A stretch of 64,000 nucleotides of DNA from Eledone cirrhosa (Eukaryota). Location: the NCBI GenBank assembly GCA_964016885.1, contig OZ024761.1, forward strand, positions 30,814,001 through 30,878,000. Direction: 5' to 3'. Below, one piece after another: positions 27,091 to 39,905 of the stretch; the first letter of the stretch is position 1; every line of letters begins with the position of its first letter. A program made the position numbers and the translations under genes. The notes beneath the pieces were generated by a model that saw only the letters and a program-made list of their open reading frames with translations, was not told the DNA's origin and did no database searches.

Positions 27091-28808
27091 CTGGAAAAAC
27101 AAACATCACATTATTACAATGACCGTGTTTTCCGACGTTGAAGATGCTACTTTTTTCCTAAAATAAGTCTCAAAAATCTACCCTGCGTCCTGGAGGCCAA
27201 AGGTTGTTTAATATTTTTTTTTTTTTAATTTTTGGTTCTCAAAATTAGGGTGCGTCCTCGAGGGTAATCATCATTATAATGGGCAACGGATTGGAAGAGT
27301 CGGTAGAACGTCGGACAAAATGCTTCATGGCATTTAGTTCAAATCTCACCGAGGTCAACTTTGTCCTTTCATTCTTCCAGTGGGAGTCAATAAAATAAAG
27401 TACCAGTCACTATAATCTACTTTACCCCTCCTCACAAACTGGTGGCCTTGTGCCTAAATTAGAATCCATTATTAGGACAACTTTGCCTAAAATAAAGTAC
27501 CAGTAATGTACAGGGGACGATATAATTGATTCCCTGCCCACCCGACCCACAAATTGCCCGCATGGAAGGGTGAATGTAAAAACAATGATGATGAGGCTGC
27601 CATCACAATCTCTCTTCCATTACTTCCTTCACTACTACCCTCTTCTTTCAATCACTGCCCCTCTCACATCATACTCTCTTCCTCTATTTCACCCTGATGA
27701 TGATGATGATGCATGTGTTGGAACAAGACATTTCGGCAGATTCCCAACTGCTGGGCTGGATGCTTTTTATGATACCAACCCATAGCTAACAATTTCTTTT
27801 TTTTTAAAGTATGGTATATCTATCACTGACATTTGTCAAACTGCAATGCTGCAAGACATACAGTTAATAGGGAACATAAACAACATCAACGGTGACGGTG
27901 ACGGTGATGATGATGATGATGATGATAATGGAGATGGCAACAGTGTGCCAAAGTAAATAAAACAGAGAGAGATGTACAGATGAAATACCACCAACAATTT
28001 ATAAAGGGAGGAAACTGAAGTGAAGAAAAATATAAATTTCTATAAAGTTTATGATACAATGTAAAGCTCTATAACAAACTAATTAGAGCTTATTTCCATA
28101 AAATAATTAGTCTTCCTCTCTAACAACTCCCTTATTTTGAAACTCTAATGGAAATACAGTGGGCTTACATCTTACACAGGTTTATAATGTGCGTTTTTAA
28201 ACACACACAGCTGGATATATTTTTTTTTAAATTCAAAAAAGCTGTCAAACAAACGTCATCTTAAATCAACTCTGGTTGTATGATACAAGAATATTTGTTT
28301 TAAAGTGCTTATATTTATCTAAAAGACTGCCATCATAATTTTATGTTTACATAAAATCTTTGTTAAGTTATGTTCCAAACACCAGCAAAATAATGTGAGA
28401 GTTAGTTAAAGTGGATGTGTAAAAGACATGGCAAAAAGCACCCAGCACACACTGTCAATGTGGTTGGCGTTAGGAAGGGCATCCAGTCGTAGAAAACCAG
28501 CGAGAAACTCTCCTATATGAGCGAGACACGGTCACCCGACCCAACTTGTCTCTAATTGGGAGAAAACCCATCTAACCCATGCTAGTATGGAAGATAATTG
28601 ACGACGATGATGATGAAGCCCCTTCAAATTCTTGGTAATTTTCAAAAATATTTGAAAATCAGCAGGAGATTATATTAGAAATATAGCAATGAAAGGGTTA
28701 AGTTTATATCATGATTTTCTCATTAAAAACAAAACAAAACAGAGCAGAACAGAATAGAAATCAATCTGAAATCGATCAACAATAATTCATAAGAATAATA
28801 ACATTTAC

Positions 28809-28957
28809 CTTTCTTTCTCAATTTTAAGAGAGAGCTGATCCATATCATGAGTTTTGGGAAAATCAAAGCTGGCTTCCATAGCATCATCTCCTCCACAGAA
28901 ATCAGCAATTAGTCCAACATCTGGGAGCTCAAGGTTAGATGTCAGTTTTAAGATGTT
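28809..28957 (-). CDS. NF2: Merlin exon 13, NILKLTSNLELPDVGLIADFCGGDDAMEASFDFPKTHDMDQLSLKIEKE(R)
   Basis: TAG/GTAAAT bounded, 149 nt phase 0-2; SFDF..DMxxLSxxIEKE resembles the human S518 region. Confidence 0.88.
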
Positions 28958-29425
28958 CTAAAAGAAAAAAAAGAAAAAACAAAAATAGTAAATTGTAAAT
29001 ATTTGTCCAAACTTCTACACCATCCCTCTTACTAATGACCTTCATTTCCTCCTCCATCATCTTTAGCCATGTCTATCATGGTCTTCCCTTTCCTCAACTG
29101 TCTTTCACATTCATTTCCATCGCTTTTCTCACCCAGACACTTTCATCCTTCTTCTACACATGACCCAACCATCTCATTCCATTTCTCTTCACAGGCTCTA
29201 TTCCCATCGTTCCTCTCACCCAGTCACTTTCGTCCTTCCTCAACTAACGATCCAGCCATCTCATATGGCTGGATCTTCTTCTTATCATCAACCACTCTAC
29301 AGAGTTTACTGGCTGTGTTTATCATGCAAATCAACCTTTTGTTTTTTCAAACTAAAAAAAAAAGAACACAAAAAACCCCTACAAAAAGCAAACACACAAA
29401 AAACATACTTATTAATTTAACTTAC

Positions 29426-29528
29426 ATCATGTGATGCTTTTGTAATTTCAGCTAACTTTTCGTTTGCTTGCTTTTCTGCCATTCTGGCCTTAATTACTTC
29501 TTGTTTCAGCTGTTCAGCCTGACTAGCT
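29426..29528 (-). CDS. NF2: Merlin exon 12, (R)ASQAEQLKQEVIKARMAEKQANEKLAEITKASHD
   Basis: CAG/GTAAGT bounded, 103 nt phase 2-0. Confidence 0.9.
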
Positions 29529-29577
29529 CTGTAATAAAAGGACAGATCAATGTTTGATATTAACTTAGTGACTAAAA

Positions 29578-29762
29578 TAAGAGTGACACAGATGAGTGTG
29601 TCTCAGATAAGAGTGACTTAATTGAGAGTGACTCAGATAAGAGTGACTTAGTTGAGAGTGACTCAGATAAGAGTGACTTAGTTGAGAGTGACTCAGATAA
29701 GAGTGACTTAGATGAGTGTGTCTTAGGTGAGAGTGACTCAGATAAGAGTGACTTAGACGAGT
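29578..29762. repeat. 15-bp/30-bp minisatellite (GAGTGACTCAGATAA / GAGTGACTTAGTTGA)
   Basis: Direct inspection; about 12 basic units. Confidence 0.9.
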
Positions 29763-30280
29763 AGTAGAGCTTCAACCATCTCCCTGTTGGAACTAATCCA
29801 TGCTGGAAATGAGAGAGTGTTACCTACCAAAAAGGAGCAAGCGTGGATGAAGGGAAGAGACTGAGACGAGCATTTGCGCAGACCTAGACAGAGTGGATTA
29901 AAACATTATGATGTTGGATAACTGCGGGTTTTGCAATCTGATTAACTCTACAATACGATAGATCAACATCTGATACTGAGTTAAGTTAAAAGGGAAGTTA
30001 ATGTTTGTTTCAAGCTCTGAGGCTCATCAGGCTGGTGCTTGTTCTTCCCTGGACAGGACAGGATGCCAGTCCATCGCAGAGTTAAACCCCCAGCTACTAC
30101 TGGTACTCGTTTTCAGCTAAGTATACTGGAGCAACGTAAAATGAAGTGTTTCTGTGCATCACAACATCACAACTGCAATATCTTTTGATTAAGATTTCAC
30201 CAGGATATTTTGGGATGATACTAAGGAACAATTCGAGCCACAATTAAACTTCCAACAACTAGAATATTTCAATGTCTCAC

Positions 30281-30366
30281 CTTCGACCAGAATCTTCCAG
30301 CAATGTAGCTGCCATCATCTCAGCTTCCCTTGCTCGACATTCCATAAGCATCCGTTCTTCATCACT
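30281..30366 (-). CDS. NF2: Merlin exon 11, SDEERMLMECRAREAEMMAATLLEDSGR(R)
   Basis: CAG/GTGAGA bounded, 86 nt phase 0-2; frame continuity. Confidence 0.9.
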
Positions 30367-30890
30367 CTGTAAACAGAAGATTATTCATACAGTTGTTTAT
30401 ATATGGATCACATTAGTTGTTTATTACATGTATCATTTGTAACATGTTATACATGGATTGGATTGTTTGTCATGTGTTATACATGGATTGGATTGTTTGG
30501 AACATGTTTATACATGGGTCATTTGCAACATCTCTCTCCCAGTCACTTTCATCCTTCTCAACAACACACAACCCAACCATCTCATTCCATTTCTCTTCAC
30601 AATATTCATCGCTCGTTCTATTTCCATCAAACCTCTCACCCAGTCACTTTCATCCTTCCTCAACACATGACTCATCTACTTCATTCGATTTCTCTTTACA
30701 ACATTCATCACTGAAGCTCACAGAGGAGATGACAATGGAAGGTAACAAAGGGATGAATGCTGTATTGAAAAAGACCCACCCAGCACATGCAAGTCTGGGA
30801 ACAGCAGACGTAAAATGGTGATGCAGTTAGAAACTTGGTGATGAGAGGGCTAAAAGGAGATTATTACTACAGCAATCATTTAAAACTTAC

Positions 30891-31022
30891 TTTCATAGCA
30901 GAGATCTTGATCCGTTGGATTTCTGCATCAACTTCAGCAGATTTCCTTCGAAGTAACAGAGCTTCTTCTTCTGCAATACGAGCTTTCTCTGCAAGCAAAT
31001 CAGCAGATTCCTCAGACCGCAT
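30891..31022 (-). CDS. NF2: Merlin exon 10, [44 protein letters not shown]
   Basis: CAG/GTAAGT bounded, 132 nt phase 0-0; [14 protein letters not shown] merlin motif. Confidence 0.94.
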
Positions 31023-31748
31023 CTGTTAATAAACAAGATTAATTAACATTGGGTACATAAGAGATGTAGTGGGATAGCAGGCAAACTAACAGGTAGGGAA
31101 AATTACATATGCAGTAGAGGTACAGGGAAATTTGACAGTAGAAGTCACAGTGGTAGACACATTTTTCAAATGCAGGTAGGATCTATAGAGGGGATTGATA
31201 GCTTCCGAAACCTAGGTGATCAGATTAGCAAGGGAGGAGGGTGCTCCGAGGCAATAGTATCTAGAATAAAGACGGGCTGGAAGAAGTTTAAGAAGCTGCT
31301 TCCTCTGTTGACAAAGAAGGGTTTCTCCCTACGAACGAAAGGCCGTGCTGCATGGTAGTGAGACATGGGCAGCAACTGTGGAGGATATGCGATGGCTGGA
31401 GCGAAATGATGATGATGATGCTTAAATGGTACTTTATTTTACTGACCTCGGAAAGATGAAAGGCAAAGTTGAGCTAGGCGATATTTGAACTCAGAATGTA
31501 AAGAGTCAGAACAAATACAGTTAACCCTTTAACATTTACATTACTCTATATTTACTATTATATGTTCATGTTTCAGGCTTTATCTCACATAATATCGAAT
31601 CTGAGATTTTGATATTATTTATTTTGAGAACAATACCTTAACATAAGAACAAGCAGCCAGTTATGGCCGATTTGAACAGAAGGAGGTGAGAGAATTCTGG
31701 CCGGATATGTCCAGTTTAAATGCTGAAGGGTTAAACGTTTATCATTAC

Positions 31749-31871
31749 CAGTGCTTCGTGTGCATTTCGCATTTCTTCTTGCAAAGCAATTAGTTTCCTC
31801 TCCAGTTCTTGTTTTTCACGCATGGCTTCTTCTTTTAATTGTTTCTCCCGAGCAAGTCGTGTACGGTCAAG
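31749..31871 (-). CDS. NF2: Merlin exon 9, LDRTRLAREKQLKEEAMREKQELERKLIALQEEMRNAHEAL
   Basis: CAG/GTAATG bounded, 123 nt phase 0-0; coiled-coil RLAREKQ. Confidence 0.93.
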
Positions 31872-32442
31872 CTGAAAAATATTAAAGTCATCCAGTAAAA
31901 GTAACAACCAGGGCTGAAGTCAAATAATAATCAGTGCACTTAACTATCACATCACTAGTTTCTTAGTGACTGTATTTTTATGAACAGTAAGGTAGAAGTT
32001 GAACCCAGGGGTGGATTAAGTTTGCTTAGGGCTCTAGATTATAAAACCCATCGTTTAACTTGAGTATTTTTTGCTCTTGTATATATCATCATTTCATTCA
32101 TCATCATCATTTTACGTCCGCTTTTTCCCTGCTTGCAAGGGTGGGACGGGAACTGATCTTGGCTTGATTTCTACAGCTGGATGCCCTTCCTAACACCAAC
32201 CTCATTTACAGTGAGTGCTGGGTGCTTTTTTGCCGTGGCACCTCCACGACCACTCTGCAGTGGAATGATAAGGACCTCAGTCCCTATCATCTCATTTCTA
32301 CAGCTGAGTAAACTGGAGCAATGTGAAATAAAGTGTCTTGCTCAAGGAAACAACACATCACCCGGTCTGAGAATTGAACTCACAACCTTTCGATTGCAAG
32401 GCCAATGCTCTAACCACTAAGCCATGTGCCTCCATTTACATT

Positions 32443-32474
<32 letters not shown>

Positions 32475-32709
32475 TATACTCGGTGATATATATATATATA
32501 TGAAAAGATTCAGGACCTCAACAGCTAAGCTCTGGCCGTTTCGACAGCTAGATCCAGATCTAGCTGTCAAAACAACCAGAGCTCAGCTATCAGGGTCCTG
32601 AATCTTTTCATATTCCCCACTCTACTACCCCAAGTATCGAGTACTTTGGTGCGTAATGGTCCACCTGTTATCTTACCACACCATCTTTGTTTATATATAT
32701 ATATAAATA

Positions 32710-34809
32710 AGAAAGTTCAAGCATGTTCTACAACGCGAGGACCAAAAACGTGAGGTGTTCAGGATTGCTAGGCAATGTGTCAAGGAAAACCGTGATATTG
32801 TCGGGGAGAAGTGTGTCCTTAATGATGATGGTGTATTTGCCATCACTGACGCTGATAAGAAGGTAGCTTGGAAGTGTCACTACGAAAGGCTACTAAATGA
32901 GGAGAATAAATGGGAGAAAGACAGTCTCCCCCGCATCGATCCAATAGAGGGACCAGCAGTGCTAGTTGAAGGTAGTTTAATAAGTAAGGCAATCAAAGAT
33001 ATGAAGACGGGTAAGGCGGCTGGGCCTTCGGAAATAGTTGCTGAAATGCTGAAAGCATCTGGAACGGTGGGACACACTATGGTCACCTGGATAGTAAACC
33101 AAGTCATACAGAATGGGGCCGTACCGAAGGACTGGCGTAGCAGCTTCATCATTAACTGCTACAAGGGTAAAGGAGATGCTCTTGATAGGGGTAACTATAG
33201 AGGCATTAAATTAATCGACCAGGTCATGAAGGTCACAGAAAAAGTAATAACGCAACTAATCAGAGAACGAATTGATCTAGATGAAATGCAGTTCGAGTTT
33301 GTGTCAGGTAAAAGTACCATAGACGCTCTTTTCATTGTACGACAACTACAGGAGAAGTACCTAGCTAAAAGTAAACCCCTATACTTAGCTTTTGTTGACT
33401 TGGAGAAAGCCTTTGACAGAGTCCCCAGCTCCATTATCTGGTGGGCGCTTAGAAAACTAGGTGTTGATGAATGGCTTGTGAAAGCTATATAAGCCATGTA
33501 TAAAGAAACAGTCAGCAAGGTTAGAATTAACAACGAATATAGTGAAGAGTTTAGCGTAAAAGTTGGTGTTCATCAGGGCTCCGTTCTTAGCCCCCCTACT
33601 ATTTATTATTGCCCTTCAGGCTATAACAGAGGAGTTTATGACCTGCTGCCCATGGGAACTCCTATATGCAGATGATCTAACGCTCATAGCTGAATCAATG
33701 GCTGAACTATTGGAAGCATGGAAGCATGGAAGCATGGAAGCATGGCCTCGAATCAAAAGGCCTTAAAGTTAACTTGTCTAAGACTAAAGTTCTAGTTTGT
33801 AGGAAGGAAAATAGGGCACCGGTCCCATCTGGGAAATGGCCATGCTCAGTGTGTAGGAAAGGAGTAGGCAGAAACTCCATTTTATGTCCCAAATGCAAAG
33901 TACGGGTGCATAAAAGATGTAGTGGGATCACAGGTAAGCTAACTAAGAATATAGATTTTATATGTGGCCAGTGCTCTGGTGCAATAAGTAGCAAGTGCCC
34001 ACAGAATACTAGCTCATTCCATTGCACAGATGGTTCTATAGAAATAGTGGACACCTCCCGTTACCTGGGTGACAAAATCAGCAGTGGTGGAGGGTGCTCT
34101 GAAAGTACAGTAGTTAGAGTCAGAACGGGATGGAAAAAGTTCAGAGAGCTTATACCACTATTGGCCGCTAAAGGGTTCTCTCTAAAAATGAAAGGTAGGC
34201 TGTATGATGCCTGCATACGAACAGCAATGTTACATGGCAGTGAGACCTAGGCATTGTGTGCAGAGGATATATGCAGACTGGAGAGAAACGAAGCTTGCAT
34301 GCTCCGCTGGATGTGTAATAGTAATATACGTGAACGGCAAAGCATAAACGAAGGGAGAAATTAGGAATAAAAGGGATCAGATCACTGGACCGAGATCTTT
34401 GGCGTTACACAGTGATACAGAAGACCCACCTTGCCTAAGTACAAAGCGAAACCTACAGTCAGTAGGAACCTCTAACAAAATACACCCCCGTCCCACTACC
34501 CCCATCCCATCCACACCACCTCCTTAAATGTGAAGTTATGTTGGTACCACAACATCCAGTCCGAAACAAATGAGGTTGTGTAGGTGTCACGACAAAAAAA
34601 CACAGTCCACGCTGTAATGTGGCCGTGTAGGTAACACGGTAAAAACCTCCCAGTCCACACTGTAAACGTGGTTGGTGTTAGGAAGGGCATCCAGCCGTAG
34701 AAAACCCGCCAGGCAGGCCTACAAATCTTGCCTCAAGTGGGAAAACTCCTGTCCAAACCCATGCAAGCGTGGAAGATGGACGTTAAACGATAATGATGAT
34801 GATGATGAT
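32710..34809 (+). mobile_element. 5'-truncated RTE LINE, same family as 18813-22260, in merlin intron 8 (antisense to merlin)
   Basis: RT ORFs nearly identical in translation to those at 19168-21116; stops, an internal deletion and an 8-bp TGGAAGCA stutter at ~33711-33745. Confidence 0.93.
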
Positions 34810-35182
34810 TATATTATTTATTTATGTTTATACATGGAACAAAAGTGCTACCTTAAGTTCACGCTTGGAGAAAGTGGCGGAGGGTTCAACGTTTTGGACA
34901 GCAGTCCTTCTTCAGGAAAGTTCGGATAAGGAGAGAAAAGATAGACATATGAGTAGTGTGATGTTATACATACACACACATATATATATATATATATATG
35001 TACAGGGAGTTGTTGAGATGTTCATATGTTCATAGGCTGACTATGAAGGAATGATGCTAGTGTTATGAAATCTTGCATGTATTAATTTCAACTCTTCTTA
35101 TTAATAACTGCATTGTTTCTTTAGTCAACGTATGAACTTTTTCAGATGATGATGACTAGATATTATACTTTACACAATTTAC

Positions 35183-35296
35183 CTGTCTTCGTGCCTTCTC
35201 TTCTCTGGCATGTGTTTTCATCTGTTGAATTTCCATAGAGTCTGTCCTCCGTCTTCTCATGTATAATTCACGGTTTCCAACACAGAGTTCAAGTAT
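35183..35296 (-). CDS. NF2: Merlin exon 8, [38 protein letters not shown]
   Basis: CAG/GTAAAT bounded, 114 nt phase 0-0; end of FERM and start of helical region. Confidence 0.95.
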
Positions 35297-36174
35297 CTGT
35301 TAAAAAAAAAAAAAATTAAATTTAAAAAACCCCAATAAATAAGTTAATAGAGAGGATTTCTTTCTGAAACACAAAACCAGTTATATAATCAGAAGAGATT
35401 ATAACTGATTAGAGTCACTCATCATCATCATCGGTGGCAGCTTTATATCCATTTTTCCAACAGTAGAAACAATGGTTAAACTCTTGAGGGAAGTCATAGG
35501 GGTGCTGAATTGACATATTGCTTTTCTAAGGTATTTTTAAACCTGGCAGAACCCCTCTCTCACCAGGTCTGAATGAAGCAATTTCTTCCAGAGAAGGATA
35601 GAGAGGAGTGAGAGAATGGAAGTGAGAAAGAGAGACACAGGAAGAATCAGCCCCAGGACTTGACTGGTATATTTTTTATCGACCTCTAATAGATGAAAGG
35701 CAAAATTGACCTCAGCAGGATTTGAACTCAGAGAGCCAAAACAAATACCACAAAGCATTCTATGCCATGTCCTAGCAACTCTGCTAATATACTACCTTTT
35801 AACAACATATATGAACTGAAATATTTATAACCTGGAAACAAAACCATACCGTAGACTTTGATCACCAGGAATGTACCTTCATAATGCTATGGTTCTCACT
35901 ACTATACCTTATACCTAATAATTTTAACACACTGTCAGGTGACTATAGTGGTATATGGTTCACACCATGAAGTGGTTGACATTTTGAAGGCCATAAAAAC
36001 CATACCAAAATGAAATATATGAGCAAGATACAGTCGTCTGACCTGCCTGTCTAGCCTCAGAGAGTGACAACCCATCTAACCCATGCAAGCAAAGGAAATT
36101 AGAGGTAAAACAGTGATGATAATGATAATGATAATAATGAATAAATGAAGAGCATTTGAATGTAGCAGACTAAC

Positions 36175-36249
36175 CAGTTTGTTGATTCGAACTTTTGGAG
36201 CGTTGAATATGAAGTCTGGGGATTTCTTGTCCATGGGTTTGATTGTAAA
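36175..36249 (-). CDS. NF2: Merlin exon 7, FTIKPMDKKSPDFIFNAPKVRINKL
   Basis: CAG/GTTAGT bounded, 75 nt phase 0-0. Confidence 0.94.
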
Positions 36250-36371
36250 CTGGATAAGAAAAGAGAAAAGATATTTTTAAAATCCAAATATTGATCTCTA
36301 ATTTAGGTATGAAACTCAGGAATAAATGGGCGAAAAAGAAGTAAGTAAAAATTAAAAATTGATGATTGTAC

Positions 36372-36506
36372 CTTTTTATCTTTGAAGGAAACTGTTTTAA
36401 TTTCACACCAAGGAAATGAAATCTTGGCATCAAGACGGTTGTCTCTTTCATAGATATTCAAACCATGAGCATCGACTCCTAGCCAAAGGTCAGTTTGGCG
36501 TTTATT
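36372..36506 (-). CDS. NF2: Merlin exon 6, [45 protein letters not shown]
   Basis: CAG/GT bounded, 135 nt phase 0-0; FERM F3 motif LGVDAxGLxIY..KISFPW. Confidence 0.95.
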
Positions 36507-37479
36507 CTGAAAGAGTTGGAAATCAATAAACAGCAACAGAAACAACATATCACAGTAGCAGTAGATTAGGCTAACGATTAAATGAAAGGATAACATTGTC
36601 TTGACATTTCAGACCTTAGTCTTTCACTGGAAAAGAAAATATGGAAGCAAGAGAGGAGTTTTTCAAACAGGGAAAATGTGAAGCAAATTTGTTGAATGAG
36701 AATCTTACTAATAAAGTGTTTATATTTATCTAAAAACATTCCACCATAATTTTATGTAAGAATCTTTAAGTTAGGCTCTAAGCAATCCTTCATAGCTCTA
36801 CAACTTTTTATACCAGATTGCCCAAAACTGCCCCTGGTTCTATGATACTAGGCTGTTTGTTTTAAAGTATTTATCATTTAAAGTATTTATCATTTAAAGT
36901 ATTCAATGTCTGCTTTCCCTGTTAGCAAGGGTTGGACGGGTCTACACAGACCAAGTCAGTACTGAAGCTGTGGCTACAGACCTCCCAGACAAGCCAAGGG
37001 GTCTGTATCTCGCTTATGTACAGTCATATGTCCTATCAAGTGCACAGGAGAAGTTGCCATGTCTTTGACACAACTGAAGGGTCCTCCCAAACCCTTGTTT
37101 GGCAAGCTTTCTACAATTGGATGCCCTTCCTAACACCAACCACTTTAGACTATGTACTGTGTGCTTTTATCGTGTAGATCCCCAACACTAGGGATATTGT
37201 CATGTCCTTGACACAACTAAAGGGTTCTTCCAACCCTTTGTTTAGCAAGCTTTCTATGGCTGGCTTCCATCCTAATTTTATGTAAGAACATTTGTTAGGT
37301 TATACTCCTAACACCATCTTAATCATGAGAAAGGTATTTTAGTAAATCCCTCCAAATTCTTGATTATTTTCAAAATTATTTGAAAATTCAGAGTCAGTGT
37401 GTTGTGTTAGAAATATGCTAAATAAAAAAGGTTAAAAGAAAAAAAAAGAAAGATAGATTTGAATATAATGTATGTATAC

Positions 37480-37555
37480 CTTAATCTGAAAATAATTCAC
37501 ACCATACATCTGGAAATCTTGAACAATTTTTAAATATTCCATCTCAGCTTCATCT
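37480..37555 (-). CDS. NF2: Merlin exon 5, (R)[25 protein letters not shown]
   Basis: AG/GT bounded, 76 nt phase 2-0; EYLKIxQDxxMYGVNYF motif. Confidence 0.95.
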
Positions 37556-38296
37556 CTAAATTAAAAAAAAGATACAGGTATGGTTTAATATTTAATTGCT
37601 GATAAACCACATAAAAATACAGGTAAGTTATGTCTTTTTCTTGGAATAAAAAGAACAATGGCCAAGTAAATGAGATGATATGATATGATGTAACTGACAT
37701 AGGAGGATCAGTTGAAACGTTCATAGGCTGACTATGACGCAGTGATGCTAGAGCTGTGTATATATATATAATGGCTACAAACTCTGCTAAGAGTATTGCA
37801 ATCACTTGTCAGATTATAGAGTTTGGTGCACTTTTAGGCTATGGCCAGCCAAACATATCCTGAACAAGCAATGCCTGTGCTTTGAAGGTTTTTTTAAGTG
37901 GGGAAAGGCTTTGCACTCGACCAATCCCACTCTCTGAGCATCGAAAACACTACCCGGAAAGGAGAACTGGTCAAGATCATCAGATGCTTCCGAAGCTGCA
38001 GGTTTTTTTTTCAGAGTTTCCCTCTCCTATAAAGGTGTTGTGCCAACTGGGGGCCTTTCACTCCCAAGTGAAAAAAAAAAAATACTATTTAGATGGCCGT
38101 TGAGTTCTTCCGCCCATTGCCGGGTTTTGAATTTCATCCCACAGGGTGTCCAAATATCATCCTCTTTATCAAGAAAGCTTGGTGGGGTTGCCCGTTTAGT
38201 CACCAATGACCCGACCATGAGACAGGTTGTACTTGGTTACATGTTATCAGTAACACTCAAGAGCAACTTGATATATATATGTATATATATACATAC

Positions 38297-38448
38297 CTTG
38301 GCAATCCTCGGTGATCAGCATACCATACTTTGATTCTCTCAGCCCACATTTCAGGGGTCATCTGATACTGATCAATAACCCTCTGAGGGAGCAGATCTTC
38401 ACTGGAGAGCATCCCTGGTTGATAGTTCCCATCATCGTAGTCTCCTAA
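38297..38448 (-). CDS. NF2: Merlin exon 4, [50 protein letters not shown](R)
   Basis: TAG/GTATGT bounded, 152 nt phase 0-2; contains the merlin-diagnostic blue box YQMTPEM. Confidence 0.96.
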
Positions 38449-38599
38449 CTAGAGAAACAACAAGTCTGTCAAAATTATTTCAATAAGTAGTAGGATATGG
38501 AAGTCAGATCAACACAGATCAAAAATAAAAATATCATTCTTCATAAGCATCTGTTGAGTCTGTGGTGTTGTATAGATCAGGTACATCACCTGACACAAG

Positions 38600-39905
38600 C
38601 TCTTGTGCATACACAACGATACAAACTAGATGATGCATACACTAAAATATTGAGGGTTGTACAAAACATAAACTGGCGTCAATGTATTACAAATGAAAGT
38701 TTATATAAAAACTTGCCCAAGAGAACAATTACAGTTGCTCAAAGATGGTTACGATTTGCAGGACATTTCTGGAGAAGTAAGCAGGAAGTTATACACAAGC
38801 TACTATTGTGGGAACCAACTCACATGAGACGCAGTAGAGGAAGACCTGCTCTAACCTTCATCAACCAACTCTCAAATGATACAAACTTCAGTAGGCAGCA
38901 GTTGCCAGGAGCAATGGAAAATGGTGAATTGTGGAGAGATTTTGTTAGGAATATTTGACTGCGGTTGCAATGATGATGATGATATATATATATTATGGGA
39001 ACCAATTCACGGGTGGAGACGCAGTAGAGGAAGACCTGCTCTAACCTTCATCAACCAACTCTCAAATGATACAAACTTCAGTAGGCAGCAGTTGCCAGGA
39101 GCAATGGAAAATGGTGAATTGCGGAGAGATTTTGTTAGGAATATTTGACTGCGGTTGCAATGATGATGATGATATATATATATTGTGGGAACCAATTCAC
39201 GGGTGGAGACGCAGTAGAGGAAGACCTGCTCTAACCTTCATCAACCAACTCTCAAATGATACAAACTTCAGTAGGCAGCAGTTGCCAGGAGCAATGGAAA
39301 ATGGTGAATTGTGGAGAGATTTTGTTAGGAATATTTGACTGCGGTTGCAATGATGATGATGATATATATATATTATGGGAACCAATTCACGGGTGGAGAC
39401 GCAGTAGAGGAAGACCTGCTCTAACCTTCATCAACCAACTCTCAAATGATACAAACTTCAGTAGGCAGCAGTTGCCAGGAGCAATGGAAAATGGTGAATT
39501 GCGGAGAGATTTTGTTAGGAATATTTGACTGCGGTTGCAATGATGATGATGATATATATATATTGTGGGAACCAATTCACGGGTGGAGACGCAGTAGAGG
39601 AAGACCTGCTCTAACCTTCATCAACCAACTCTCAAATGATACAAACTTCAGTAGGCAGCAGTTGCCAGGAGCAATGGAAAATGGTGAATTGTGGAGAGAT
39701 TTTGTTAGGAATATTTGACTGCGGTTGCAATGATGATGATGATATATATATATTGTGGGAACCAATTCACGGGTGGAGACGCAGTAGAGGAAGACCTGCT
39801 TGAAGCTTCATTGATCAACTCTCAGAAGATACAAACTTCAGTAGGGAGCAGTGACCACGGGCAATAGAAAATCATAGGAATGTTCGACTGCGGTCACTAT
39901 GATGA
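38600..39905 (+). repeat. RTE LINE 3' end amplified into a 190-bp tandem array (~5.7 units)
   Basis: LRFAGH..LLWEP..RSRGRP; ORF-track entries recur every 190 nt; each unit includes a (GAT)n tail. Confidence 0.92.
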
